DNA from: Nitrosopumilus sp.
GTDB taxonomy: Archaea > Thermoproteota > Nitrososphaeria > Nitrososphaerales > Nitrosopumilaceae
Length of the DNA stretch: 64,000 bases
Assembly (NCBI GenBank): GCA_965206745.1
Contig: OZ242220.1
Span: 640,001-704,000 of the forward strand
Direction: 5' to 3'
Of this stretch, positions 10,849 to 20,533 are shown piece by piece. The position numbers and the translations under genes were made by a program. A model generated the notes under the pieces. The model had not been told where the DNA came from and did no database searches. It saw only the letters and a program-made list of their open reading frames with translations. The stretch's first letter is position 1, and each line of letters begins with the position of its first letter.

Positions 10849-11586
10849 ATGTCTCAGGAATTAGAGCGAGTTTATACAATTAATCTTGGTAAAGTGAAAA
10901 TTTCACAATCTCAACATAGAGCTGTTAGAGCAATTAACATGATTAGAGAATTTGCTAGGCATCACATGAAAGTTGAGACAATCAAAATAGAGGAAGAATT
11001 ATCTCATGAAATTTGGGCAAGAGGTGTCAGAAATCCTCCGAGAAAAGTCAGGGTAAGAATGAGCAAAACTGAGGAAGGTCATATTCTTGTTTCTAGATAT
11101 GATGAAGATGCAGAGTCTAAAGCTATTCCTGAAACTAAAAAAGTTTCAGATAAAGTAGAAGAACCAAAAACACCAGAGCCAGCTAAGGAAACACCAAAAC
11201 CAACCAAGACTGAAGAACCAAAAACACCAGAGCCAGCTAAGGAAACACCAAAACCAACCAAGACTGAAGAACCAAAAACACCAGAGCCAGCTAAGGAAAC
11301 ACCAAAACCAACCAAGACTGAAGAACCAAAAACACCAGAGCCAGCTAAGGAAACACCAAAACCAACCAAGACTGAAGAACCAAAAACACCAGAGCCAGCT
11401 AAGGAAACACCAAAACCAACCAAGACTGAAGAACCAAAAACACCAGAGCCAGCTAAGGAAACACCAAAACCAACCAAGACTGAAGAACCAAAAACACCAG
11501 AGCCAGCTAAGGAAACACCAAAACCAACCAAGACTGAAGAACCAAAAACACCAGAGCCAGCTAAGGAAACACCAAAGAAAGATTAA
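10849..11586 (+). CDS. rpl31e: 50S ribosomal protein L31e with long repetitive C-terminal extension
   Basis: ERVYTINL...RAVRAINMIREF...IWARGVRNPPRKVRV L31e core followed by P/K/E/T repeats. Confidence 0.93.
   Translation: MSQELERVYTINLGKVKISQSQHRAVRAINMIREFARHHMKVETIKIEEELSHEIWARGVRNPPRKVRVRMSKTEEGHILVSRYDEDAESKAIPETKKVSDKVEEPKTPEPAKETPKPTKTEEPKTPEPAKETPKPTKTEEPKTPEPAKETPKPTKTEEPKTPEPAKETPKPTKTEEPKTPEPAKETPKPTKTEEPKTPEPAKETPKPTKTEEPKTPEPAKETPKPTKTEEPKTPEPAKETPKKD
11158..11577 (+). repeat. Perfect 54-bp tandem repeat, 7 full copies + partial (EEPKTPEPAKETPKPTKT)
   Basis: Unit gaagaaccaaaaacaccagagccagctaaggaaacaccaaaaccaaccaagact repeated without visible substitutions. Confidence 0.97.
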
Positions 11587-11620
11587 TCCTTTTCAAAAAT
11601 TATAATTTTTAAAAACCAGT

Positions 11621-12571
11621 TTATTCCAACTGATACAAGTCTAATTCACAGTCAATACTGCAATCTGGAGTTGTCCAATCTAGGGTATCTTCTTGAGGAA
11701 TCATTCCTAAAGGATCATAGTTGTCAAACTTTGTCATTCCTTGAATTGATGATAGCATTACGACTTTGGAATCATCCGAATTTGAGGCCATGTCTATCTG
11801 TGAATTACTTTCATTAACTATTCCTGCAGTGAGACTTGTAATTGAGTTGATCACTCCCACGGGAATGTTGCTTCCTCCAACCACATACAGCATTGAGCGC
11901 TTAATCGAGTTTGGCGTGACATTGTCATAAAGCATTTTTAATGAATCTCTCAGTGAATCCTCCATACTTTGTCCGTCCTTGCTTGTTGTGAGGATATTTG
12001 TCTCATTGGATATCTCAGATGAGGCAAGTGAATTTACTACATGCATCATTGCAGAATTTGCAATTTCATAGCATGCTTTTGGACTCAAGTCTGGATTGCT
12101 ATCAAGCAGTGAATCATTGTCAAGCACAATAGTGCACGCAGAGTTTTCCCTGACCCTCTTTAGTGACACCCCTGAGTTGAAAATCCTGTCTTTTTCATAT
12201 TTGAAAGGCATAATTGCAAATGAAACCAGTCCTGCATCCACCTCTTTGCACATCTCTGATATCACCGGTGCCATGGCTGAACCTGCCTTGCCTGCCAAGT
12301 TACTCATTAGGATGACTGTTGAATAGCCTGAAATTTTTGATTTTATCTCCTTTGCAACTTTGTACGTTGAGCCTCTGATTAACTGGACTGATGGGTTGAT
12401 AATTGAATCCGTTGAAACGTGAACAGATGGGCTCTCTGATGAGAAATCCTTCTTGTCATTACTAATTACCAGACAATCAGAATTTAGCGAGTTTTTTGCC
12501 TTTATAGCTAGTTTTGAGCCTATGCCTCCCAAGCCTACTACCAAAATCGGTTCTTTAACTTGAAAATTCAT
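11621..12571 (-). CDS. ftsZ: Divergent thaumarchaeal FtsZ/tubulin-like protein
   Basis: VVGLGGIGS, LAGKAGS (variant tubulin signature), AIMPFKYE, IVLDNDSL. Confidence 0.8.
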   Translation of the reverse strand: MNFQVKEPILVVGLGGIGSKLAIKAKNSLNSDCLVISNDKKDFSSESPSVHVSTDSIINPSVQLIRGSTYKVAKEIKSKISGYSTVILMSNLAGKAGSAMAPVISEMCKEVDAGLVSFAIMPFKYEKDRIFNSGVSLKRVRENSACTIVLDNDSLLDSNPDLSPKACYEIANSAMMHVVNSLASSEISNETNILTTSKDGQSMEDSLRDSLKMLYDNVTPNSIKRSMLYVVGGSNIPVGVINSITSLTAGIVNESNSQIDMASNSDDSKVVMLSSIQGMTKFDNYDPLGMIPQEDTLDWTTPDCSIDCELDLYQLE

Positions 12572-12644
12572 TTCTGTTCTTCTTTTTTGATTCAGATAAA
12601 AAACCTTCTTACGTTTTTTTAATCAAATTTTAGATCGAAAAAAA

Positions 12645-13913
12645 TTAGCTTGCGATCTTGCCAACCAGTCTCTTTACGGTGGCATCTGTGATCTCTACTG
12701 TGTGGGATTGACCAATATCCACGTCATCCTTCACTGCTATAGGCTTGTAGGCAAAGTTTCTGCCCTTGATCCCCTCCTCTGTCATTTCATCAAATAGGAC
12801 TTTGCCTTTCCAACCGATCCACTTTTGGTTGCTTTTCATTGACAATTTGTTGATCTGTTCAAAAATTATCTTGCTTCTCCGCTTGATCTCTGCAGCATCA
12901 ATCTGTTTCATTTCTGCAGCGTCTGTTCCGGGTCTGGCACTGTACTTTGACAGATTAACAACATCTGGCTTTGTTTGGTCTAGCAGTGAAATCGTCTTTT
13001 GAAATTCTTCCTCAGTTTCAGAGGGAAACCCCACAATGATATCAGTAGAGATGGTAAAGTCTCCAAATCTTGATTTTACCTTCTCGACAATCTCCCTAAA
13101 CGTTGCAGACGTATGACCGCGCTTCATGTCATTGAGTACTTTGTCACTTCCGCTCTGTACGGGAATGTGTAAAAATTTGAAGACCTTCTCGCTATCAAAT
13201 GACTCAATCAGACCCTTCTTGATTCTTGGCATGTACATTGGATTCATCATTCCGACCCTCACCATGAAATCCTCTGGAATCTCTGTGACTGCATTTACCA
13301 ATGCAGGCAGATCTGTACCTATGTCCAGTCCGTAACATCCGTTGTCCGTGGATGTTAGCCATACTTCTTTGCATCCCTCTTTAATTTCCGTTTTAACTTG
13401 TCTTACAATGTCTCCCAATCTGTAACTTGAAAGATCTCCCTTGGCTATCTTGGTCTGGCAAAATGTACACTCGCTCATACATCCGCTTGCAATCTCTACA
13501 ATCCCCACTGCTGGATTCAGTCTGACCTTGGGAAGTCCCACTTTGGATAAATCCGTGTCCTCCAATGCAATTTGCCTTCTTCCGTCTAACGTTGAACTGA
13601 TCACCTGCAGTGTCTTTCCCAATGAGTTGGGTCCTAACAAACTGGCATTCTCTGAATACTTTTCAACTGTCTCTTTTTCTGCTTTTGGAAGGCATCCTGC
13701 CACTATGAGCGGTTTTGATTTTAATGAGTTAATCCTGTACATCATCTTGTTTGCAGTTGAATCTTTAACGGAGCACGTAACTACAATGTTCAGATCAGAG
13801 TCTGAAGGGTTATCAGCCAAGGTATGGCCTCCATTTTTAATCAGCCCTGAAATCATCTCCGAATCTGCAAAACTAGCAGAACATCCGTAGGCTTCGACGA
13901 AAATCTTTGCCAT
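12645..13913 (-). CDS. Radical SAM tRNA methylthiotransferase (MiaB/MtaB family)
   Basis: UPF0004 N-terminus (YGCSAS, VTCSVK, AGCLP), CxxxCxxC (CMSECTFC), C-terminal TRAM-like domain. Confidence 0.92.
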   Translation of the reverse strand: MAKIFVEAYGCSASFADSEMISGLIKNGGHTLADNPSDSDLNIVVTCSVKDSTANKMMYRINSLKSKPLIVAGCLPKAEKETVEKYSENASLLGPNSLGKTLQVISSTLDGRRQIALEDTDLSKVGLPKVRLNPAVGIVEIASGCMSECTFCQTKIAKGDLSSYRLGDIVRQVKTEIKEGCKEVWLTSTDNGCYGLDIGTDLPALVNAVTEIPEDFMVRVGMMNPMYMPRIKKGLIESFDSEKVFKFLHIPVQSGSDKVLNDMKRGHTSATFREIVEKVKSRFGDFTISTDIIVGFPSETEEEFQKTISLLDQTKPDVVNLSKYSARPGTDAAEMKQIDAAEIKRRSKIIFEQINKLSMKSNQKWIGWKGKVLFDEMTEEGIKGRNFAYKPIAVKDDVDIGQSHTVEITDATVKRLVGKIAS

Positions 13914-13915
13914 GA

Positions 13916-15277
13916 TTATCGAAATAGGGAATCGATCTCTTTGTTGCTCATTAGCCTCTTTGAAACAACAAGCTCCCTGATAGTTTTTCCGGTCTTTAGT
14001 GACTCTTTGAATAGTTCTGCCGACTTTAGATATCCTATTTTCGGGGTCAGTAATGTGACAATTACAGGGCTGTTTTCAATATCCTGGCGTAATTTGTCCT
14101 TGTTGGCAGTCAGCCCGTCAATGAGATTCGCAGAAAATATGGGAAGAAAATTTTTCAGCATATCAGTCGATTCTAGCATGCATTTTAGCATCCCTGGAAG
14201 CATGACGTTTAGCTCAAACTGTCCGCCCTGCGCTGCACAAGAAACTGTCGTATCGTTCCCAATTATATTAAAGCAAATCATGTTCATGCATTCGGCCAAG
14301 GATGGATTTACCTTGCCAGGCATGATAGACGAGCCGGCATGAACTGCCGGAATTCCCAATTCTGCCAGTCCTGCAATCGGTCCTGATGCCATTAGTCTGA
14401 TATCGTTTGCGACTTTGCCAACCTCTATTGCCAAGTTCCGTAACGACCCTGACAAATTTGCTACTGCAAACTTGCTCTGCAGACCATGCTGCATGTCTTT
14501 TTCCGGTTTTAGTGATAGTTTTGAAATCTTACCCAGCTCCGCTATTGCAATCTTCCTGTATCCCTTTGGCGTATTGGCCCCGGAACCCACTGCGGTTCCT
14601 CCTAGTGGAACATTTTGCAATTCTTTTTGCGCATCAATAATCTCCCTCTTTGCTTTAGAAATTGACGTGGCATAGGCTGCAAACTCACTGCCCAGTGTTA
14701 CCGGCAGTGCATCCATCAGATGGGTCCTTCCAATCTTCTTAAATGATGAAAACTGCTTTGCCTTTCTTGATAATGACTTTATCAAAACATCGATGGCAGG
14801 AATGGTCTCTTTCAGATTCATCAAAATTGCGACATGCATTGCAGTAGGATACGTGTCGTTACTTGACTGTGACATGTTGACATGATCATTTGGGTGAAGA
14901 AATTCATACTGGCCTTTCTTTTTGCGCAATACCTCTAGTGCGACATTTGAAATTACTTCGTTAGAATTCATGTTAAATGCAGTACCTGCGCCGGAATTTA
15001 TCATATCCACTACAAACTGATCAAAATATTTTCCAGCCAGGATCTTATCACATGCTGTGAGAATCGCTTTTCCGCGTTTTGCATCAATTGCCTTTGTTTT
15101 CATATTTGCAACTGCCGCAGAGCGTTTTATCATTACAAACGACCTGATCAAATTCTCATGGCTTTTGCTACCAGTCACGTGGTACTGTTTGATTGCCCTT
15201 CCTGTGAATGCCCCATAGTATGCATTTGCTGGGATTTTGACCTTACCAAGCGAGTCCTGATCTAATCTGAACTTCAT
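13916..15277 (-). CDS. Class II fumarate hydratase / aspartate ammonia-lyase
   Basis: HPNDHVNMSQSSND, GRTHLMDA, GSSIMPGKVNP; the two activities cannot be separated by eye. Confidence 0.9.
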   Translation of the reverse strand: MKFRLDQDSLGKVKIPANAYYGAFTGRAIKQYHVTGSKSHENLIRSFVMIKRSAAVANMKTKAIDAKRGKAILTACDKILAGKYFDQFVVDMINSGAGTAFNMNSNEVISNVALEVLRKKKGQYEFLHPNDHVNMSQSSNDTYPTAMHVAILMNLKETIPAIDVLIKSLSRKAKQFSSFKKIGRTHLMDALPVTLGSEFAAYATSISKAKREIIDAQKELQNVPLGGTAVGSGANTPKGYRKIAIAELGKISKLSLKPEKDMQHGLQSKFAVANLSGSLRNLAIEVGKVANDIRLMASGPIAGLAELGIPAVHAGSSIMPGKVNPSLAECMNMICFNIIGNDTTVSCAAQGGQFELNVMLPGMLKCMLESTDMLKNFLPIFSANLIDGLTANKDKLRQDIENSPVIVTLLTPKIGYLKSAELFKESLKTGKTIRELVVSKRLMSNKEIDSLFR

Positions 15278-15385
15278 GATGACCTTACTGGTTTATACCC
15301 ATTATTCATTCTTTTTCAGACATTTTCAAAATTTCATGTGCCTGTAATGCGAATTATTATATAGGAATTGCAGATGCGTTGCATT

Positions 15386-16807
15386 ATGAATAAGCGTATT
15401 AGCATGCTCTTTACTGTTATGGCAGTAGCTGTAATGGGGGCAACCTTATTCGGAAGCACATACACACAAACCCAGATTGCTGGACAATCACTTGACCTCT
15501 CCAAAATGGATGTCAACGTACTTGATCAAATCCATCAAATGGGCGGTTTACAACTTGTAATGCCTCAAGCATTCGCAGAAACTGATTGTGGTGCATTATC
15601 ACAAACTGGACGAGACGTAGTCGAGTTCAATTTGACTGGTGAAAGTGTCGAACTTCCAATCATGGGAGGAAAAACTTACAACGCCATGACCTTTAGTGGA
15701 CAAGTCCCAGGACCAACACTAAGAGTTACACAAGGAGATGTTGTAAAAATGACCCTAACAATTCCAGATGATGAAGTTACTGGACACGGTAACGACATGC
15801 ACGCATCTCAAATGTCAGCAACACACTTTGATTCCGTTAACCCGGGTGAAACAAGCATGTACTGCTACATTGCTGAATCTGCTGGCGTTTTCAAATACCA
15901 CTGTTCTGGTGTACACCTAATTGGCATGGACCAACACGTTCTTTCCGGCATGTACGGAATTGCAATCGTTGATCCTGTCGACGGATACAAAACCCTAATG
16001 GTAGAGAAAACAAAAGTTAGTGGGGGCGAAGTTTCATTAGATAGAATGTTCTATGATGCAGACGCATTAGAATTCCAACTCCAATACAACCAATTGTACC
16101 TAACACCTGAGGGCAACTATGATGCAGGAGCAATGTTCCAACATCATAATACTGCAACAGTTGTTAATGGAATGCAATTCGGTTATGTACCAAACATGGC
16201 TCATAACTTACTGGTCAATGGCGATGTAAACAAGAACATCTTTGTCGCACAACCATGGAATGGAATTGAACACAAGCAATACCAATCACAACTCTTGTTC
16301 GTTGAAAATGATCAACACGTGAGACTCTTTATCGAAAATCAGGGCAATGAACCAGTGTTTTTCCACATTGTTGGAGAAATCTTGGACAGAATTACCCAAG
16401 GTAACAGAGTACAATCCGCAGCAACTGAAACATGGTTACTCGGAGGCTCACAAAACATGATTGTTGACTTGGTCTTTGATGAACCTGGTGTATATGCAGC
16501 AGTAAACCACGATTATGCAGCAATTTACACTGGTGCAGCTACAGTATTTGTAGCCGGTGATCCGTTTGGCTTGAACTCTGTTCTAGTTGACAAAAATATC
16601 ATCCCAGCACCAGTAGCATCTTATGCATATGTCTTAGGCAATCCAAGTGATGCGGTTCCTCCAGTAGGAATGAACAGTATTGAGCATCCTGCCAAAAACA
16701 TTCACGGTTTAATGACTGATGAGATAGCTTCTGAAATGCAAGCAAGTGGCGACTATGTCGTATTATGGGAAGTAATTCCTATAGTGGCAGAAATCCTTAC
16801 TTCTTGA
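15386..16807 (+). CDS. nirK: Copper-containing nitrite reductase (thaumarchaeal NirK)
   Basis: Signal/TM N-terminus, GPTLRVTQGD, HGNDMH, YHC...H...GM type-1 Cu ligands, FHIVGE, AVNHD. Confidence 0.88.
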   Translation: MNKRISMLFTVMAVAVMGATLFGSTYTQTQIAGQSLDLSKMDVNVLDQIHQMGGLQLVMPQAFAETDCGALSQTGRDVVEFNLTGESVELPIMGGKTYNAMTFSGQVPGPTLRVTQGDVVKMTLTIPDDEVTGHGNDMHASQMSATHFDSVNPGETSMYCYIAESAGVFKYHCSGVHLIGMDQHVLSGMYGIAIVDPVDGYKTLMVEKTKVSGGEVSLDRMFYDADALEFQLQYNQLYLTPEGNYDAGAMFQHHNTATVVNGMQFGYVPNMAHNLLVNGDVNKNIFVAQPWNGIEHKQYQSQLLFVENDQHVRLFIENQGNEPVFFHIVGEILDRITQGNRVQSAATETWLLGGSQNMIVDLVFDEPGVYAAVNHDYAAIYTGAATVFVAGDPFGLNSVLVDKNIIPAPVASYAYVLGNPSDAVPPVGMNSIEHPAKNIHGLMTDEIASEMQASGDYVVLWEVIPIVAEILTS

Positions 16808-16808
16808 T

Positions 16809-16836
16809 CTTTTAACCTTTTTTCTTTTTATTTTCT
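16809..16836 (+). terminator. Oligo-T archaeal terminator after nirK
   Basis: tcttttaaccttttttctttttattttc immediately after stop. Confidence 0.6.
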
Positions 16837-16872
16837 TAATGAGTTATATTTCGTTGTTCCTTTTCATTTCTT

Positions 16873-17805
16873 ATGGGTTTTGATGATTCTGTACTGATTT
16901 GTGACGAAGTCGATCCCATACTGAATAAAATCCTGATAGATAATGGGCTAAAAGTATCATATGAACCTGAAATTACTCCGGAACAAATTTTGGAAAAGAT
17001 TCCATCTTTTAACATTGTAATTGTAAGAAGCCGAACCACAATCACAAAGGAGATGATAGAGCGAGCTGATAAGTGTAAGATAATTGCTAGAGTCGGAGTT
17101 GGATTGGATAACGTTGATCAGGATGCAGCTAAATCAAAAGATATTCGTGTCATCAATGCAGTAGAGGGAGCAATGAATGCAGTTGCAGAATTAGTTTTGG
17201 GTTTGATGTTGTCCCTTGCAAGACAAACCACTCGAGCCGATAGGGCAATAAGAAACGAACAGTGGCTCAAAAAAGAACTCAAGGGAACAGAGCTACGGGG
17301 AAAATATTTGGGAATTATTGGTTTGGGAAATATTGGTAAACGGTTGGGAAGACTTGCACGAGCGTTAAACATGAACATCATCGGTTATGATGTGGTTCCA
17401 ATTGATGAGGAATTTGCAAAGGAAGTTGGTTTGATGAAAGCTGACTTGAATACGCTTTTACAAAGTTCCGACTATGTTTCAATACATGTTCCCCTTTTAG
17501 ATTCCACATACCATCTTTTAGATGCAGAAAAAATGTCTACGATGAAAAAGACTGCAAAAATCATCAACACTTCCAGAGGTGGCGTTGTTGATGAATCTGC
17601 TCTTTATGATGCACTCAAAAATGGCACATTAGGTGGTGCGGCACTAGACGTGTTTGAAAAAGAACCTGCTATTGGGACAAGGCTTGCAGAACTTGACAAT
17701 GTAATTTTGACACCTCATATTGGTGCTCAAACAAAGGAGGCCCAATCCTTGGCTGCCAATGTCATTGCCGAAAAGATTATTCAGATTCTTCGTGGCGTAA
17801 TTTAG
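16873..17805 (+). CDS. serA: D-3-phosphoglycerate dehydrogenase / D-2-hydroxyacid dehydrogenase
   Basis: RVGVGLDNVD, GLGNIG, INTSRGG, LTPHIGAQT. Confidence 0.85.
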   Translation: MGFDDSVLICDEVDPILNKILIDNGLKVSYEPEITPEQILEKIPSFNIVIVRSRTTITKEMIERADKCKIIARVGVGLDNVDQDAAKSKDIRVINAVEGAMNAVAELVLGLMLSLARQTTRADRAIRNEQWLKKELKGTELRGKYLGIIGLGNIGKRLGRLARALNMNIIGYDVVPIDEEFAKEVGLMKADLNTLLQSSDYVSIHVPLLDSTYHLLDAEKMSTMKKTAKIINTSRGGVVDESALYDALKNGTLGGAALDVFEKEPAIGTRLAELDNVILTPHIGAQTKEAQSLAANVIAEKIIQILRGVI

Positions 17806-17887
17806 TATAATTTCTGCTGAAACTATGCCAAAACGTGCATTGTTAAGTGGTTATTATTAACTAGTTAATGACCAAATAGATTTGTTC

Positions 17888-18724
17888 TTATTTCTTTTTT
17901 GCAAACAGCGATCCAATATGGTATTCATTTGAGAATCCTGTCTTTTCTGCCATCACATCAAAGTCTTTCATCTTTTCCTTTATTTCTTCAAGTTGGGACA
18001 TTTCCTTTAGGTGAAACTCCATTACTATCTGTGAAAATTTATCAAGATCTTTTGAATTCTTAATTATTTCGTATTCATATCCTTCACAATCCATCTTCAG
18101 TACTGGACTCTCTGATGGAAACTTTTCAAGCAAGGAATCAAGGGTTATGATCTCAATTTCATCTCCCTGTTTATCATATTCCAAAATACCATTACTGAAA
18201 AAATTCTTCTTGATCTTAATGGTTTCTGCATGTCCTCCTATCCCACACATCATAGGTGCAATGTTCTGTAACTTGTTTAGGTTGATATTGCGTAAAAGCA
18301 CTTCATAATTTGCTGGTACAGGCTCCACTGCTATTACTTTGGATGCTCCTTTGACTGCAAAGTACATTGAAGAGTCACCAATGTTTGCCCCTATATCAAA
18401 AACAGTTTTGTTTTTAACATCAAGTTTTTCGTATACTGATTTTGAGAATATGGATATAATATCCCCGTTGTAACGCCAGCCCTCAAAGACTAGTGATTTT
18501 CCCTCAAGCGGTACGTGTAGATGTTCTTTGGAATCAATTGTCATCCCTGTAGTATTTTTATCTGAAAGAAATACTAGATCATGACGATTGAATATTTTTG
18601 TAGTAGTACCATCCCTCAATCTTGCAGATATTGGAAATTCTGATTTTTTTGTCTTTGCTAGAACCGTTACCCAATTATCGAATGTATTACGAAGCGATAC
18701 TGCAGTTCTTATTTTTCCGAACAA
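17888..18724 (-). CDS. FkbM-family methyltransferase
   Basis: FDIGANIGD, AVEP, LKMDCEGYEYEI, MEFH. Confidence 0.88.
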   Translation of the reverse strand: MFGKIRTAVSLRNTFDNWVTVLAKTKKSEFPISARLRDGTTTKIFNRHDLVFLSDKNTTGMTIDSKEHLHVPLEGKSLVFEGWRYNGDIISIFSKSVYEKLDVKNKTVFDIGANIGDSSMYFAVKGASKVIAVEPVPANYEVLLRNINLNKLQNIAPMMCGIGGHAETIKIKKNFFSNGILEYDKQGDEIEIITLDSLLEKFPSESPVLKMDCEGYEYEIIKNSKDLDKFSQIVMEFHLKEMSQLEEIKEKMKDFDVMAEKTGFSNEYHIGSLFAKKK

Positions 18725-18924
18725 TAAAAATACTCAAAAAGTATGGCATTAATCTGTTATGGCTTGAACAGTTAAAACGATGAATGCAGAATCTTCTTTC
18801 ATAGGTTTGAGTTCTTTTCATCAACTGTCAACATTTGATATGATGGAATTTTGAATCAATCTTTCCATTTGTTTCCTTTTATCTTAATAATTGGTTGACC
18901 TAGTTAACCTCGTTAATTTTTGTA

Positions 18925-18942
18925 AACTTGGTTAACCAAGTT
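18925..18942. promoter_or_regulatory. Perfect 18-bp palindrome, candidate operator
   Basis: AACTTGGTTAACCAAGTT is self-complementary; lies 30 nt before a small ORF. Confidence 0.45.
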
Positions 18943-18972
18943 GTTTTAATCACGATTTTCTTTAGTTAATGT

Positions 18973-19122
18973 ATGAATGTAGTTGGAGCAAAACTTGATG
19001 ATTCTGATTATGAAGGATTTGAAACATTTTGTATGGATAAAAGCATCTCAAAAAATGAAATCAAGTTCAGATTCAGAAACAAAGATGTTACTGAGAAGAG
19101 GTTGGACGGATTCACGACATAA
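18973..19122 (+). pseudogene. Small ORF (49 aa) with ribbon-helix-helix-like N-terminus, possibly frameshifted
   Basis: MNVVGAKLDDSDYEGFETFCMDKSISKNE fits a beta-strand/helix RHH pattern, then loses it; an overlapping frame continues to 19267. Confidence 0.35.
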
Positions 19123-19534
19123 ACAGGTATTGAAAAGTCAAGATGGTGCATATGTCATATATGGCAAACCTTCAGGAACTTTTCAGTTTGATCATACCGA
19201 TGATAATCATAACAATGATGGTTTAGATAATTGTCAAGGGACTCTGAAGGATTATCATGGATATTGAACCCCCTAAATAGTGATAATATCTGAGATCACC
19301 TTCTTTACAGGTGTTAAATCCAAGAATTTTGGGATTATACGTGGAAAATCAGGATTGCCAAATCGTATCAGATCACCATTGAAAAGTAACTAGGAGAGAT
19401 CACCAATCTTGACCAGAATCTGATTTGATTTAGTTAACATTTACCTTAACTTTAAAAATAAGTAAAAAAGCTTGACTTTAACGTGACTAATTACCGCCTC
19501 TTCATTTTTAAGGCCTGTTTGGAGGTTTAATACT

Positions 19535-20533
19535 ATGATGAATGATTCTGCGATAAAGGAATTGCATCCTACAAAATATGTCAAATTGCCTAGTATCAAC
19601 TCTCTGTTGCAAATTTCACTTGGATTAATCCTGCTTGCCATGGTTTCATTTGCCCTAGTTTATGCTGAAACAATTACAGTAGATGTTGAAGGAACTTCAT
19701 ATGATGTTAATTATAATGCGACTGGAGTGGTTATTTCTGACATCGAGGTCGATACTCAATTTGTTGCTCTGATATTATCCGTTGACGTGTCTGAGTCAGG
19801 CGGCATGTTGGATATCGCGTTTGATCGTTCTTTCTTTGATACCACTGTTGACGGACTAGATGAAGAATTTCTTATTCTAGCAGATGGTGATGAACCAAAT
19901 TTTTCAGAAATTATAACTGATCAAAGTAGAACTTTGAGTGTTAAATTACCTGCAGGTACTGAGGAGGTTGAAATAATCGGTTCTACATTTGGTAGTCCTG
20001 CTTCTGTTGATACTCCTGATGTAGATGATGTCGCAGATCAAGCCGCAGCTGATCAGGCAGCCGCAGATCAAGCAGCGGCTGACAAGGCAGCAGCAGACCA
20101 AGCTGCCGCAGCTGATCAGGCAGCGGCAAATCAAGCAGCAGCAGACCAAGCTGTTGCAGACCAAGCTGCCGCCGACAAAGCCGCAGCTGATCAGGCAACA
20201 GCGGACAGAGCTGCTGCCGACAGAGCCGCAGCAGACCAAGCTGCCGCAGATCAAGCAGCAGCAGACCAAGCAATAGCAGACAATGCACGTTTAACAGAAT
20301 GTGGTCCTGGAACAATTCTTGAAGGTGGAGAATGTATTTTAGATCAAAGATGCGGCCCTGGAACCATTTTCAAAGATGGAGCATGTGTACTTGATTCAAC
20401 TTCACAACCCTCTGATTCTTCTCTAAACGGAATGGGCAAAGAATTGGTAATAGGATTTGTTATCGCATTTATAGTAGCAGGAATTGTCGGAGTTGTTTTC
20501 GGTATAATGGCCAAAGCCAGTAAGAGTAGCTAA
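19535..20533 (+). CDS. Membrane-anchored surface protein with Ala-rich pentapeptide repeat stalk
   Basis: Signal-like segment, beta-rich acidic domain, AADQA repeats, two CGPGT...C modules, C-terminal TM; exact start uncertain. Confidence 0.8.
   Translation: MMNDSAIKELHPTKYVKLPSINSLLQISLGLILLAMVSFALVYAETITVDVEGTSYDVNYNATGVVISDIEVDTQFVALILSVDVSESGGMLDIAFDRSFFDTTVDGLDEEFLILADGDEPNFSEIITDQSRTLSVKLPAGTEEVEIIGSTFGSPASVDTPDVDDVADQAAADQAAADQAAADKAAADQAAAADQAAANQAAADQAVADQAAADKAAADQATADRAAADRAAADQAAADQAAADQAIADNARLTECGPGTILEGGECILDQRCGPGTIFKDGACVLDSTSQPSDSSLNGMGKELVIGFVIAFIVAGIVGVVFGIMAKASKSS
20030..20287 (+). repeat. 17 copies of 15-bp degenerate repeat encoding (A/V/T/I)AD(Q/K/R/N)A
   Basis: Protein-level repeat with varied synonymous codons. 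Confidence 0.92.

Noticed and set aside
11079-11531. Antisense repetitive ORF
   Set aside because: Shadow of the rpl31e repeat
11158-11577. 54-bp repeat as a CRISPR array
   Set aside because: Units are contiguous with no unique spacers and lie in frame within rpl31e
11621-12571. FtsZ lacking GGGTGTG as a novelty
   Set aside because: Divergent FtsZ is an established feature of Thaumarchaeota
19946-20315. Cys-, Leu- and Gln-rich ORFs in alternative frames
   Set aside because: Shadows of the AADQA repeat
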